A DNA stretch of 64,000 bases, taken from Mobula hypostoma. Lineage: Eukaryota. Below the pieces are notes generated by a model, which was not told where the DNA came from, made no database searches, and saw nothing but the letters and a program-made list of their open reading frames with translations. A program made the position numbers and the translations under genes. Below, in pieces: positions 50,476 to 61,900 of this stretch. The stretch covers positions 151,158,001 through 151,222,000 of the forward strand of contig NC_086097.1 of NCBI RefSeq assembly GCF_963921235.1, written 5' to 3'. Every line of letters begins with the position of its first letter. Positions within the stretch are counted from its first letter, which is position 1.

Positions 50476-51092
50476 TTCTGCTCTTTTTTGTATTTTCTAA
50501 TTATTATCAACTGGTACTCACAGTTTATGAACCCAAGAATTTGTCCATTTTCTGCCTTTTTAAAGAATGTGTCCACTCTCCCTTCTGAAGTGAAATGCAC
50601 TGCGATTGTTTTTTTTAAACTCAAACATTTCATTGCGCTTTTTTTAAACTGGAACATCAACAGAAGAGGAAATCGTTCCAGGTTTGTTTAAAACTTCCTC
50701 ATCACTGCTGTTAGGTTTTATAACTTCAAAACATAAAACTAATTGGAAGGAAACAAAGGACTCAGGAATGCGAGTCTAACTTCATTTTTACTTTAAGCGA
50801 GGTCCACACGCATGGCAAGATTTATGCATTTAATATATTTTTACATATCTATAACACACATTAAATCATTTAAACAACAAAGAATGCTTAATCAAACAAT
50901 ATATTTACAATATTACTCAAATATTGCCAAAATATTACATCCACAACACTATCTATATCTATCTTCATTAAACTATCAACCAGATGGTTTCACCTGCAGT
51001 TATCACCTGAGCAATCCTGGCCTCACCTGATTGCACTTTTTCCCTTTGTCCTATCCATCCATCCATCTCTTCCGCCTCTACAACTTAAAATT

Positions 51093-51296
51093 TCACAAAA
51101 AATGCTGGTGAACGCAGCAGGCCAGGCAGCATCTGTAGGAAGAGATACAGTCGACGTTTGAGGCTGAGATCTTTCGTTTCGGTCTGAAACGTCGACTGTA
51201 CCTCTTCCTATAGATGCTGCCTGGCCTGCTGCATTTACCGGCATTTTTTGTGTGTGTTGCTTGAATTTCCAGCATCTGCAGATTTCCTCGTGTTTG
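51093..51296. mobile_element. Palindromic (5'-inverted) Penelope terminal insertion with 12-bp TSD
   Basis: Arms ~51094-51168 and ~51177-51252 are inverted copies; flanks caacttaaaatt (51081-51092) and caacttcaaatt (51297-51308). Confidence 0.88.
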
Positions 51297-52689
51297 CAAC
51301 TTCAAATTAATTTGTTTTCACTCAGAGTATTTAACCTGAAATAATTACTTTGTTCCTATTTCTGCAGATGCTGCCTGACCTGCTGGTGTGAGATGCACTA
51401 TCAGTCTAACTGATCAGGCTGAGCTTAATTCTGCCCTCATTCAACAACTACCTGTGATCACCACCATCCAGTTCACAGCACAGAACAGAATGATATAACT
51501 AAAACAAAACACAGAAGGAAGCTGGTGGCCAATTAGTCCGCCGCCTGTCACATTTTCCACATGGCATTGAAAAGAATAATCTCTTTTAAAGGACAGGTCC
51601 AATTCCCATTTGAAAGTTGGTACAAAATCTGATTTCACTACATTTTCATGCAATGCAGCTCATGGCATAACAACAGACTATGTATAAAAAATAGAATAAA
51701 AGACAGAATATGGATAAGAGGTTTCATCTCCCGAAGCAAAGCAAGCAAGCCCCATTGCTGCCCCAGTGGTTTCAGTACTAACTTCATATGACTTTGGAAT
51801 TATGTTGTTTGAATGGTTTGGTCTCACATCCATCAAGCAAGGAAGCAATGCAAGGAAGATAATGTCTGGGTTTCTTTTTCTCCCATCCAATGAACTGCGA
51901 AAGAAGACAAAATGCATTTCAACAAGTTAAAGGGATACAAATTCTTGCTTCCTGTTCTTGCAAGTGACCTCCATGCTAAACCTGCCCTGACCTCCACAAG
52001 CAGCCATCTTGATCTGATGGTGAAGGGCTTTCCAGTTATAAATCCCACTGAAACATTTTGATAGTCAGTTAAACCAGGCTCCAAGGAACTGTGTGACCTT
52101 GAGAACATGGGAAAACTAAATGCAGCAGTAATTTGTTAATAAATTAATTTTAAATATAAAATACAAATAAAGGCTCTTTTAAAAATGTAGAAATCATTGA
52201 AAATTAAAAGCACAGTCTGATGAAAGGTCTTTGATCTACTGCATTAAAATTTTCTCTTCCTAAATGTTGTTTGTCAGCTAAATGTTGATTACTGCTGAGT
52301 ATTCCCACATTTTAAGTATTTAAGTCCTCACAGATAATCAATAAATAAAAATTACCTTATGCGTATTCTTCTCACAGTAACTATTAGCCTCTTTTTAAAT
52401 GAATAGGTTTGCTATTATAATGTTTCATATGTTCAGCAACTAGTTCCAGAGTAGATGCTGGGTAACTACTGAAGTTGCTGCTTCAGTATGGAACTCAATA
52501 GAGAAATGAGATTCAGCACACTGTGGCCTGGCAGTAGCAATCAGCTCAATGGAAGCTCTTTTGTGTTTACCTTGCCTATTTGGGGTGGGGGGGGCAGGGT
52601 GGTCTCACACTTCCTCACAGCTTACAAAAGTAAATGGGATCAGAAGAGATGCCATAACCATTGGGTGAATTTCTTTCCTCAGTGTGTTG

Positions 52690-53990
52690 GATATACATGA
52701 CTACCATATATGCGTGATGTATGTAAACATGCACAGTAGAGTAAGAGAGAGTGAAATAAACAGGATGTATGATTTTAGCTAGTTCTTCTCGTCTCTTACT
52801 CTTATAGATGGTTGTTGGTTGGAATGATAAAGATAGGCTGAAAGTCCTGTATAGGAATTTCTTAGGCTGAAAGATGTTTTTTCCATGCTAGATGAATTTC
52901 TGTCCATTTGATCAGAAAAGTTACAACAACAAAGAGAGCTTCATCTGTTTGTAGTTAATTGTACTAATTGACCAAAGTGCTGGGAGAGTTGAAACCAGAA
53001 GAGATTTGCATCATAGATACTTCAACATTGCACTCAGATGCACAAACGAAAAATCATTCTAGCTCTTACGTAATGCCCACAGAAATTACCAGTTATGATA
53101 GCCATTATTGTATCAAATTAATCCAAGTAAGTCAGAATTTATCTCGTATGCGTGGCAAAATAGTACTAACTGTATGCTTATTTCAAATATCATCCAACTT
53201 CAAATGGTGTAGCAAAGAGATCAGTGGGAATTGTTCAAGAGCACTGAAGAAACAATGAGATATTCATCAATAAACTTATTTCCTAAATCACAGATTGACA
53301 ACACATACCACAAATGATTACTTCTGCTGTGTTACTCACACTGTAAGACTCGAACCACATTTGAGGATAATTCAGCCAAATCTTTAGGGGAGAGATTAGG
53401 AAAGAAACAGATGAGAGGGAAACAAAATAATGTCTCTAGCCATGAAGAGAAATATTTTAAACAACTTGATATATTTCATGTCTTACTACCGCTTAATAAG
53501 TCTGATATTTCAAGTTGGAATGCTAGAGTGATAGTTGAAGTATATGGCACAAAGAGATATCATGTGGAAATAGAAGTCTGAGATGTACACTTAAATAACT
53601 TAATTCCTGTGAGAGATATGCAAGAGAATATTGAAGAGCTACATGATATTGACAGTGTTCTGGCAGTCAGTTTGCTGGAGATAGTGGAAGAGCTAGCCCA
53701 AGATTGTACTGAATTAAGGAATTATGCCTTCCTCCAGTCAAGAAATGGATACAACACAAATAAAACAAATTCCTTTAAGAAGATAAAACGGTTAGAAAAC
53801 CTGTAGAGGAACTGAGCTCATAAATAATGTAAACATGTGAATCACAGTTTTCAGAAAAGGAAAAACACATTGAAGTGTATGTAAGGGTGTGATATACTTG
53901 TATGATTTCTATGATTTCAAGGAAGAGTTGGCAAAAATGGAATAAACAAGACACTTGTGCTTAAATAGTTTACCATAGCTCTTCATGATT
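52690..53990 (+). mobile_element. Ancient Gypsy remnant (integrase region; boundaries uncertain)
   Basis: KYHPTSNGVAKRSVGIV at ~53185-53235 (YHPxSNGxAER motif) and WNARVIVEVYGTKRYHVE at ~53516-53570 (GPY/F-like module). Confidence 0.65.
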
Positions 53991-54029
53991 CAATACTTTG
54001 GTAGCACTACATGCAGTCAGAAGAGGACC

Positions 54030-54265
54030 CCCACTATTTACATTATTCTTAGGGTTGTGAATCTTTGGAATATTCTACCCTAGGGAGCGATAAATGCTGT
54101 GGTTACTATATGTTCAATGATGAGATAGATTTTTTGGGGCTACAGGAGAATCAATGTTAATGGGAATGGGATAGGACAGTGAAATTGAAGCCAAGGATAA
54201 GTTTAGCTGTGGACCTGTTGAATGGTGGATAAGGTTTGAGGAGTCTGAAGTCTGCTATTTCTCCC
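54030..54265 (+). mobile_element. Ancient CR1 3' fragment
   Basis: agggttgtgaatctttggaatattctacc..ttcaatgatgagatagat..ttgaatggtgga. Confidence 0.7.
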
Positions 54266-55611
54266 TTACCTCAGTTTCCACACATTTTAATTTTGTAAAG
54301 GATATGAGTGAAATTGTTTGATAATTGATTTTCCATGGGCTTCTTTAGCCTTGCTAGGAGGGAGAAGTTAAAACTAAAGAGCATTTCCTCAATTACTTCC
54401 AATCATTTTTAGTGATGTAAGTGAATGAGATATTACAGTCAGAATGCTGACTTCTCATATCATCAAAAGCTCCTTTATAATTTTGCTTTGATACTATCTA
54501 GTGCTTTCATATTTTGTTTAGGCTGGCACTCTATAAATTGTATTCTCAAACTTGCTTTAGTAAGTTACATCCTGTAATATGTCCTCTATTCCTCCCCATC
54601 CCCAACAACGGAAAGAACTATTGCCTATCCAAATCCCGGCTGCATCAAATTAAACCTAGATCCATGAATGATGGACCTTATCCTGCAATAGACGTAAATC
54701 AGGAGTACGAAGGCATTTTCATCAACACACCACTTCTCCCAGTCTGTCTAAATAACTATTACTCATATTAAATGGATCTGAAATTTTCTCGAATCTCTTC
54801 CCTTTATCAATACTAAAATGAGCATATTCACCTGGTCTTTCTAAACTAGGGCTGTCAAAGCAAATCAGAGAATGAACTCTTGACAAAGATTGGCTCTTCT
54901 CTTGCTTTTCTAAATACCTACATTATTCACAGAGCACAAGTCCTTGATTTGATTAAGTGTTCTGCCTCACACATGAAGCAGCTTCAGGAAGGACAAGAAA
55001 ATGAAGAACCACCTGCAGATGCCAAAAACTTAAAATTTCATTTCTGACAATGGGTCCTGAACCTCAAGTGTTAATGACTTCTCTTTCTAGGTTTTGGCAA
55101 AGCTGATGAGTTTGTCCAGAATTTTCAGAACTTATTTTATAAGGGGCAAGTCTCCTCTTACATATACATCTACTGCCCTTCTATGTTACCAAGTGCAGTG
55201 ATTTACCCGGAATTCTTTGCTGGGTCTCTCTCAAGAGTACAACCTCCACGATCTAGAAGTGCCAGGGCTTTTGAATGCTACCACCTTCAATTCTTCCTCC
55301 TAATCATAGAATATACATGTACCTGTAGTTTTTGTTACTTCCTTTTCGTTATAATTTTTACCAGTATTGTGGAAAATTTATCACATGGATTGTAGTGTTT
55401 CAAAATGATCTTAATGGCTGTTTGTAGTGGAGAATAAATGCAGGCTTTGTCTTCAATGACCTCATCCAAAGAATGAGTTTGAGAAAAAATTGTAAGTTAT
55501 TGCTGGTTTCTTACAATCTACTGTGCAAATGTTAAACAATTAAACTTATTCTTTCATTAACTTTGGAACACATTAATGTTTTCACATGTATTTTAATGGC
55601 TGTACACACAA

Positions 55612-57240
55612 GAATGCAAGAAAATCGGAGTGGGAGTAGGTCTCCAGCCCCTTCAGGCCTGCCCTACCTTTCAATATGATGTATGCTGGCCTCAGCTCTT
55701 CTTTAGTATCAGCTCCCCAGAACACTCAATTCCTCAATTGAATTGAATTGACTTTAATACTTACGTCCTTCAAATGCATGAGGAGTAAATATCTTTATGT
55801 TACATCTCCATTCAAATGTGCAATGTGCAATTATAGTAATTTATAATGAATATTATGTACAACAGGATATAAAGTAGAAATACAGCAGCGTCAGCATGAA
55901 TTAATCAGTCTGATGGCCTGGAGAAAGAAACTGTTCCGGAGTCTGTTGGTCCTGGCTTTTGTCCTGCAGTACCTTTTCTCGGATGATAGCAGCTGGAACA
56001 GTTTGTGGTTGGGATGACTCGGTTCTCCAATGATCCTTCGGGCCCTTTTTACACACCTGTCTTTGTAAATGTCCTGAATAGTGGGAAGTTCATATCTACA
56101 GATGCACTGGGCTGTCCGCACCAACCTCTGCAGAATCCTGCAATTGAGGAAAGTACAGTACCCATACCAGGCAGTGATGCAGCCAGTCAGGATGCTCTCA
56201 ATGATGCCCCTAGAGAAAGTTCTTAGAATTTGGGTGGGACATACCAAGCTTCTTCAACCGTCTGAAGTGAAAGAGAGGCTGTTGTGCCTTTTTCACCAAA
56301 CAGCTGGTATGTACAGACCACGTGAGATCCTCGGTGATGTTTATGCCAAGAAACTTAAAGCTATTCACCCCCTCAACCCCAGTTCCATTGATGTCTATAG
56401 GAGTTAGCCTGTCTCCATTCCTCCTGTCATCCACAACCAGCTCCTTTACTTTTGCGACGTTGAGGGAGAGGTTGTTTTCTTGACACAACTGTGTCAGGGT
56501 GATGACTTCCTCTCTGTTGTCTGCCTCATTATTACTTGAGATTAGGCCAACCAGTGTAGTGTCATCAGCAAATTTAATTAGCAGATTAGAGCTGTGAGTG
56601 GTGACACAGTCATGGGTATACAGAGAGTAAAGGAGGGGGCTTAGTACACAGCACTGAAGGGCTTCTGAGTTGAGAGTCAAAGGGGCAGACGCGAGGGAGC
56701 CTGCACTTACCACCTGCTAACGATCTAACAGGAAGTCCAGGATCCAGCTGAACAAGGCAGGGTGAAGACCAAGGTCTCTGAGCTTCTTGTCAAATCTATC
56801 AAATTATCAAATCTTTAACTAGTCCCACCTTAGATTATATCTTCAGGTCTTGCCTCCACCACCCTCAGGGCCAGCAATTTCCAAATGCTCATTACCCACA
56901 GAGAGAAGAAATTTTAGATGATTAGACAATTATTTTATAGCCATGTTCCCTTGTTCATTACTTTCCTATTAGTGAAAACGTCCTAACCTTACCCCCTCGA
57001 GCGGCTTCGGGATTTTATACGTTTGGTTTAGGTAATACATTGTTCTTCTAAACTTTAAAAAAAATACAAACTCAAACTGACTACCCTTTCTTTATAGGAC
57101 AGCTTCTGAACCTGGGAATTAGCCTGATGAATGTGTGTTGAACTTCCTCCATTCCTACTTATTCCGTTTTTTAGTTAACAAGAACAAAACTGTGCAGTTT
57201 TTTCTGTGTGGCCTCGCCAGCACTTTGTACAATAGTAACA
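55612..57240 (-). mobile_element. Old CR1 3' fragment split by the Rex insertion 55737-56795
   Basis: Tail aagaatgcaagaaaatcggagtgggagtagg at 55612; decayed CR1 resumes at ~56800-57240 (acaaaactgtgcag..ggcctcgccagcactttgtacaa). Confidence 0.7.
55737..56795 (-). mobile_element. Rex1/Babar RT-to-tail fragment
   Basis: VLSPLLYSLYTHDC..KFADDTTLVG, KKAQQPLFHFRRLKK, ESILTGCITAWYG; tail (caatt)n. Confidence 0.93.
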
Positions 57241-57244
57241 AAAT

Positions 57245-57412
57245 CTTTTTTTTGTGTAATTTATTTTTTATTGAATTTCATCATCAAACAAACATTTCCA
57301 TAAGATGTATTTCAGATACTGTACATATATATCATATAATCATATTTGTCACAAATCTCCACATAATATTTATCTGAGGTATACACTTATAGAAAGGAGA
57401 GGAAAGAAAGAA
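57245..57412 (-). mobile_element. Poly(A)-tailed retroposon 3' end, probably L1/Tx1-like
   Basis: Minus strand ..gaaattcAATAAAaaataaattacacaaaaaaa; no coding sequence seen. Confidence 0.5.
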
Positions 57413-57749
57413 AACCTGCTTTTTGAGAGTTCTCTCTTTCCAATGCTTTTCCATTTTCTTTGCAGTTCAAGGCTTTGGAAGCATCCTCAGTCTATTAAGG
57501 TTGCTATACAAATGCAAATCATGACTTTTTTTTATTAACCTCAGTACTACCAATAACACATATATGGCCTCAATCCATCAGCCAGGGTAAAACATCCTTA
57601 CATGCTTCTGATTGCCTGTATGTTTCAGTGTAGACCCTAATACTTTTCTTACAGTTTATATAGCAAACTGGCAATGATTATGCTCAATTCTTTTACTTCA
57701 TTGTTGAAACTTTGCATGCTCCAACATAAGAATATAAGAATGCTAAGAA

Positions 57750-58932
57750 AATACTTCCATCCCCTATCTGGAGTGCCTTAAACCTCTGCTTCTTTCTGGA
57801 CAACAGACCCAACTAGTTTCCCTCCACCACCACTCTCCTCCATCTGGCAGACCTGGTCATCACCTTCAACAATTTCTTCTTTGGCTCCTCCACTTCCTTC
57901 AAACCAAAGGTGTAGCCATGGGCACTCACATAGGTCCCAGCTATCCTTGCCTTTTTGTCGGGTACGAGGAACAGTCAATGTTCCAAGCCTACATCGCATC
58001 GCTCCCCAACTCTTCCTATGCTACATCAACAACTGCATTGGTGCTGCTTCCTGCACCCGTACGGGGCGTGTTGACTTCATCAACTTTGCCTCCAGCTTCC
58101 ACCTTGCCCTTAAAGTTACTTGGTCTATTTCGGACATTTCTCTCCCCTTTCTTGATCTCTCTGTCTCTACCTTTGATACCTTTTATAAGTCCGTTGATTC
58201 TCACAGCTACCTCTTCCCACCCTTTCACTTGTCAAAATACCATTCCCTTTTCTCAGTTCCTCCCTTTCCATTGCTTATTCTTTCAAGTTGAGGCTTTTTA
58301 TTCCAGAATGTTGGAGATGTCCTCTTTCTTCAAAGAAAGGGGTTTTCCTTCCTCCACCACCAATGCCGCCCTCACCTTCCATTTTGTACAAGTCTGCCCT
58401 CACCCTATCCTCCCACCACCCCACCAGGGATAAGGTTTCTCTTGCCATTCCACTCCTACCACTCCACCAGCCTCCGCGTCCAGCACATAATTCTCAATAA
58501 CTTCCACCATGTCGAATGGGATCCCACACCAAGCACATCTTTCCCTCACACCATCGCCCCCTCCCCACCACTTTCCGCTTTCTGCCAGAATCACTCCCTA
58601 TGTGACTCCCTTGTCCATTCAACTCTCCCCACCGATCTCCCTGCTAGTACTCATGCTTGCAAGTGGAGCAAGTGCGACATCTTCCCCTACGCTCTGCCTC
58701 ATTACCATTCTGGGTCCCAAACAGTCCTTCTAGGTGAGGCAACACTTCACCTGCGAGTCTGTTGGGGTCATCTACTGTATCCGGTGCTCCTGCTATGGCC
58801 TCCTGTATATCAGTGAGTCCCAATCTAGACTGGTAGCCAGCTTTGTCGAGCACCTCTGCTCTGTCCACCACATAAAACAGATTTTCCGGTGGCCACCTAT
58901 TTCAATTCTATTTCCCATTCCCATCCGAACAT
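57750..58932 (+). mobile_element. Penelope-like RT to GIY-YIG fragment, cut by CR1 at 58933
   Basis: QTKGVAMGTHIGPSYPCLFVGYEEQ; QHFTCESVGVIYCIRCSCYGLLYISES. Confidence 0.92.
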
Positions 58933-61900
58933 GTCATAAGAACATAAGAAATAGGAGCAGGAGTAGGCCATCCGGACCATTGAGTCTGCCCTGTCATTCA
59001 ATAAGATCATAGCTGATCTGTCCGTAAACTCAGCTCCATCTACCTGCCTTTTCCCCCTTAATTCCCTTACTGTGTAAAAACCTATCTAACTGTTTCTTAA
59101 ATATATTTAGTGAAGAAGCCTCAACTGCTTCCCTGGGCAGAGAATTCCACAGATTCACCACTCTCTGGGAAAAACAGTTTCTCCTCATCTCCGTCCTAAA
59201 TCTTCCCCCCTGAATCTTGAGGCAATGTCCCCTAGTTCTAGTCTCACCTACCAATGGAAACAACTTTCCTACTTCTATCTTATCTATCCCTTTCAAAATT
59301 TTGTATGTTTTGATAAGATCCCCTCTCATTCTTCTGAACTCCAGAGAGTATAGAAACATAGAAAATAGGTGCAGGAGTAGGCCATTCGGCCCTTTGTGCC
59401 TGCACCGCCATTCAGTATGATCATGGCTGATCATCCAACTCAGGACCCTGTACCTGCCATCTCTCCATACCCCCTGATCCCTTTAGCCACAAGGGCCATA
59501 TCTAACTCCCTCTTAGATATAGCCAATGAACTGGCCTCAACTGTTTCCTGTGGCAAAGAATTCCACAGATTCACCACTCTCTGTGTGAAGAAGTTTTTCC
59601 TCATCTCGGTCCTAAAAGGCCTCCCCTTTATCCTTAAACTGTGACCCCTCGTTCTGGACTTCCCCAACATCGGGAACAATCTTCCTGCATCTAGCCTGTC
59701 CAATCCTTTTAGGATTTTATACGTTTCAATAAGATCCCCCCTCAATCTTCTAAATTCCAACATATATAAGCCTAGTCGATCCAGTCTTTCATCATATGAA
59801 AGTCCTGCCATCCCAGGAATCAATCTGGTGAACCTTCTTTGTACTCCCTCTATGGCAAGAATGTCTTTCCTCAGATTAGGGGACCAAAACTGCACACAAT
59901 ACTGCAGGTGTGGTCTCACCAAGGCCTTGTACAACTGCAGTAGTACCTCCCTGCTCCTGTACTTGAATTCTCTTGCTATGAATGCCAGCATACCATTCGC
60001 CTTTTTCACCGCCTGCTGTACCTGCATGCCCACTTTCAATGACTGGTGTATAATGACACCCAGGTCTCGTTGCACCTCCCCTTTTCCTAATCGGCCACCA
60101 TTCAGATAATAATCTGTTTTCCTGTTATTGCCACCAAAGTGGATAACCTCACATTTATCCACATTAAATTGCATCTGCCACGAATTTGCCCACTCACCTA
60201 ACCTATCCAAGTCACTCTGCATCCTCTTAGCATCCTCCTCACAGCTAACACTGCCACTCAGCTTTGTGTCTTCCGCAAACTTGGAGATGCTGCATTTAAT
60301 TCCCTCATCTAGGTCATTAATATATATTGTAAACAACTGGGGTCCCAGCACTGAGCCTTGAGGTACCCCACTAGTCACTGCCTGCCATTTTGAAAAGGTC
60401 CCGTTTATTCTCACTCTTTGCTTCCTGTCTGCCAACCAATTCTCTATCCACATCAATATCTTGCCCCAATACCATGTGCTTTAAGTTTGCACACTAATCT
60501 CCTGTGTGGGACCTTGTCAAAAGCCTTTTGAAAATCCAAGTATACCACATCCACTGGTTCTCCCCTATCCACTCTACTAGTTACATCCTCAAAAAATTCT
60601 ATGAGATACGTCAGACATGATTTTCTTTTCACAAATCCATGTTGACTTTGTCCGATGATTTCACCGCTTTCCAAATGTGCTGTTATCACATCTTTGATAA
60701 CTGACTCTAGCATTTTCCCCACCACCAATGTTAGGCTAACCGGTCTATAATTCCCCGGTTTCTCTCTCCCTCCTTTTTTAAAAAGTGTGGTTACATTAGC
60801 CATCCCCAATCCTTAGGAACTAGTCCATAATCTAAAGAGTTTTGAAAAATTATCACTAATGCATCCATTATTTCTTGGGCTACTTCCTTAAGCACTCTGG
60901 GATGCAGACCATCTGGCCTTATCTGCCTTTAATCCCTTCAATTTACCTTATCTGCCTTTAATCCCTTCAATTTACCTAACGCCACTTCCCTGCTAACATG
61001 TATTTCCCTCCGTTCCTCCATCTCACTAGACCCTCTGTCACCTACTATTTCCAGAAGATTATTTATGTCCTCCTTAGTGAAGACACAACTAAAGTAGTTA
61101 TTCAATTAGTCTGCCATGTCCTTGTTCCCCATGGTCAATTCACCTGTTTCTGACTGTAAGGGACCTACATTTGTCTTAACCAATCTTTTTCTTTTCACAT
61201 ATCTATAAAAGCTTTTACAGTCAGTTCTTATGTTCCCTGCCAGTTTTCTTTCATAGTCTTTTTTCTCTTTCTTAATTAAGTCCTTTGTCCTCCTCTGCTG
61301 GACTCTGAATTTCTCCCAGTCCTCAGGTGGGCCGCTTTTTCTGGCTAATTTGTATGTTTCTTCTTTGGAATTGATACTATCCCTAACTTCCCTTGTCAGC
61401 CACGGGTGCACTACCTTCCCTGGTTTATTCTTTTGCCAAGCTGGGATGAACAATTGTTGTAGTTCATCCATGTGATCTTTAAATGCTTGCCATTGCATAT
61501 CCACCGTCAACCCTTTAAGTATCATTTGCCAGTCTATCTTAGCTAATTCACGTATCAAACCTTCAAATTTACCCTTCTTTAAGTTCAGAACCTTTGTTTC
61601 TGAATTAACTATGTCACTCCCCATCTTAATGAATAGTTCCACCATATTATGGTCACTCTCACCCAAGGGGCCTCTCACGACAAGGTTGCTAATTAACCCT
61701 TCCTCATTGCTCAAAACCCAGTCTAGAATAGCCTGCTCTCTAGTTGGTTCCTCGACATGTTGGTTCGGAAAACCATCCCACATACATTCCAAGAAATCCT
61801 CTTCCTCAGCACCAGGCAACTCAATCGCTCCTCATAGGTTAACCCCTTCATCTCTGGAATCAACCTGGTGAACCTCCTCTGCACCTCCTCCAAAGCCAGT

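Larger units (their letters stand above)
44790..50948 (-). mobile_element. Gypsy LTR retrotransposon (copy 2, same family as 7421-9848) with chimeric interior
   Basis: LTRs 44790-~45005 and ~50709-50948. PPT agggaggagt next to the 3' LTR; PBS-like agtgatgagga. gag/protease 49556-50475. Integrase C-terminal tail 45150-45340 (EEKCTELSELPPAVSESTLTTT..RYYPT*VRNPP). Flanks ctttc / ctatc. Confidence 0.93.

Noticed and set aside
51680..51915. Possible minus-strand host exon after the strong acceptor ttttgtcttctttcgcag (exon would start at 51894)
   Set aside because: None of the three frames resembles a protein I recognise and there is no convincing partner exon. RNA-seq or conservation data would be needed.
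51960..52102. Cluster of nuclear-receptor half-sites (TCAAGGTCA at 52094-52102 on minus, plus AGGTCA copies)
   Set aside because: Short motifs expected by chance in 64 kb; no conservation or chromatin evidence is available.
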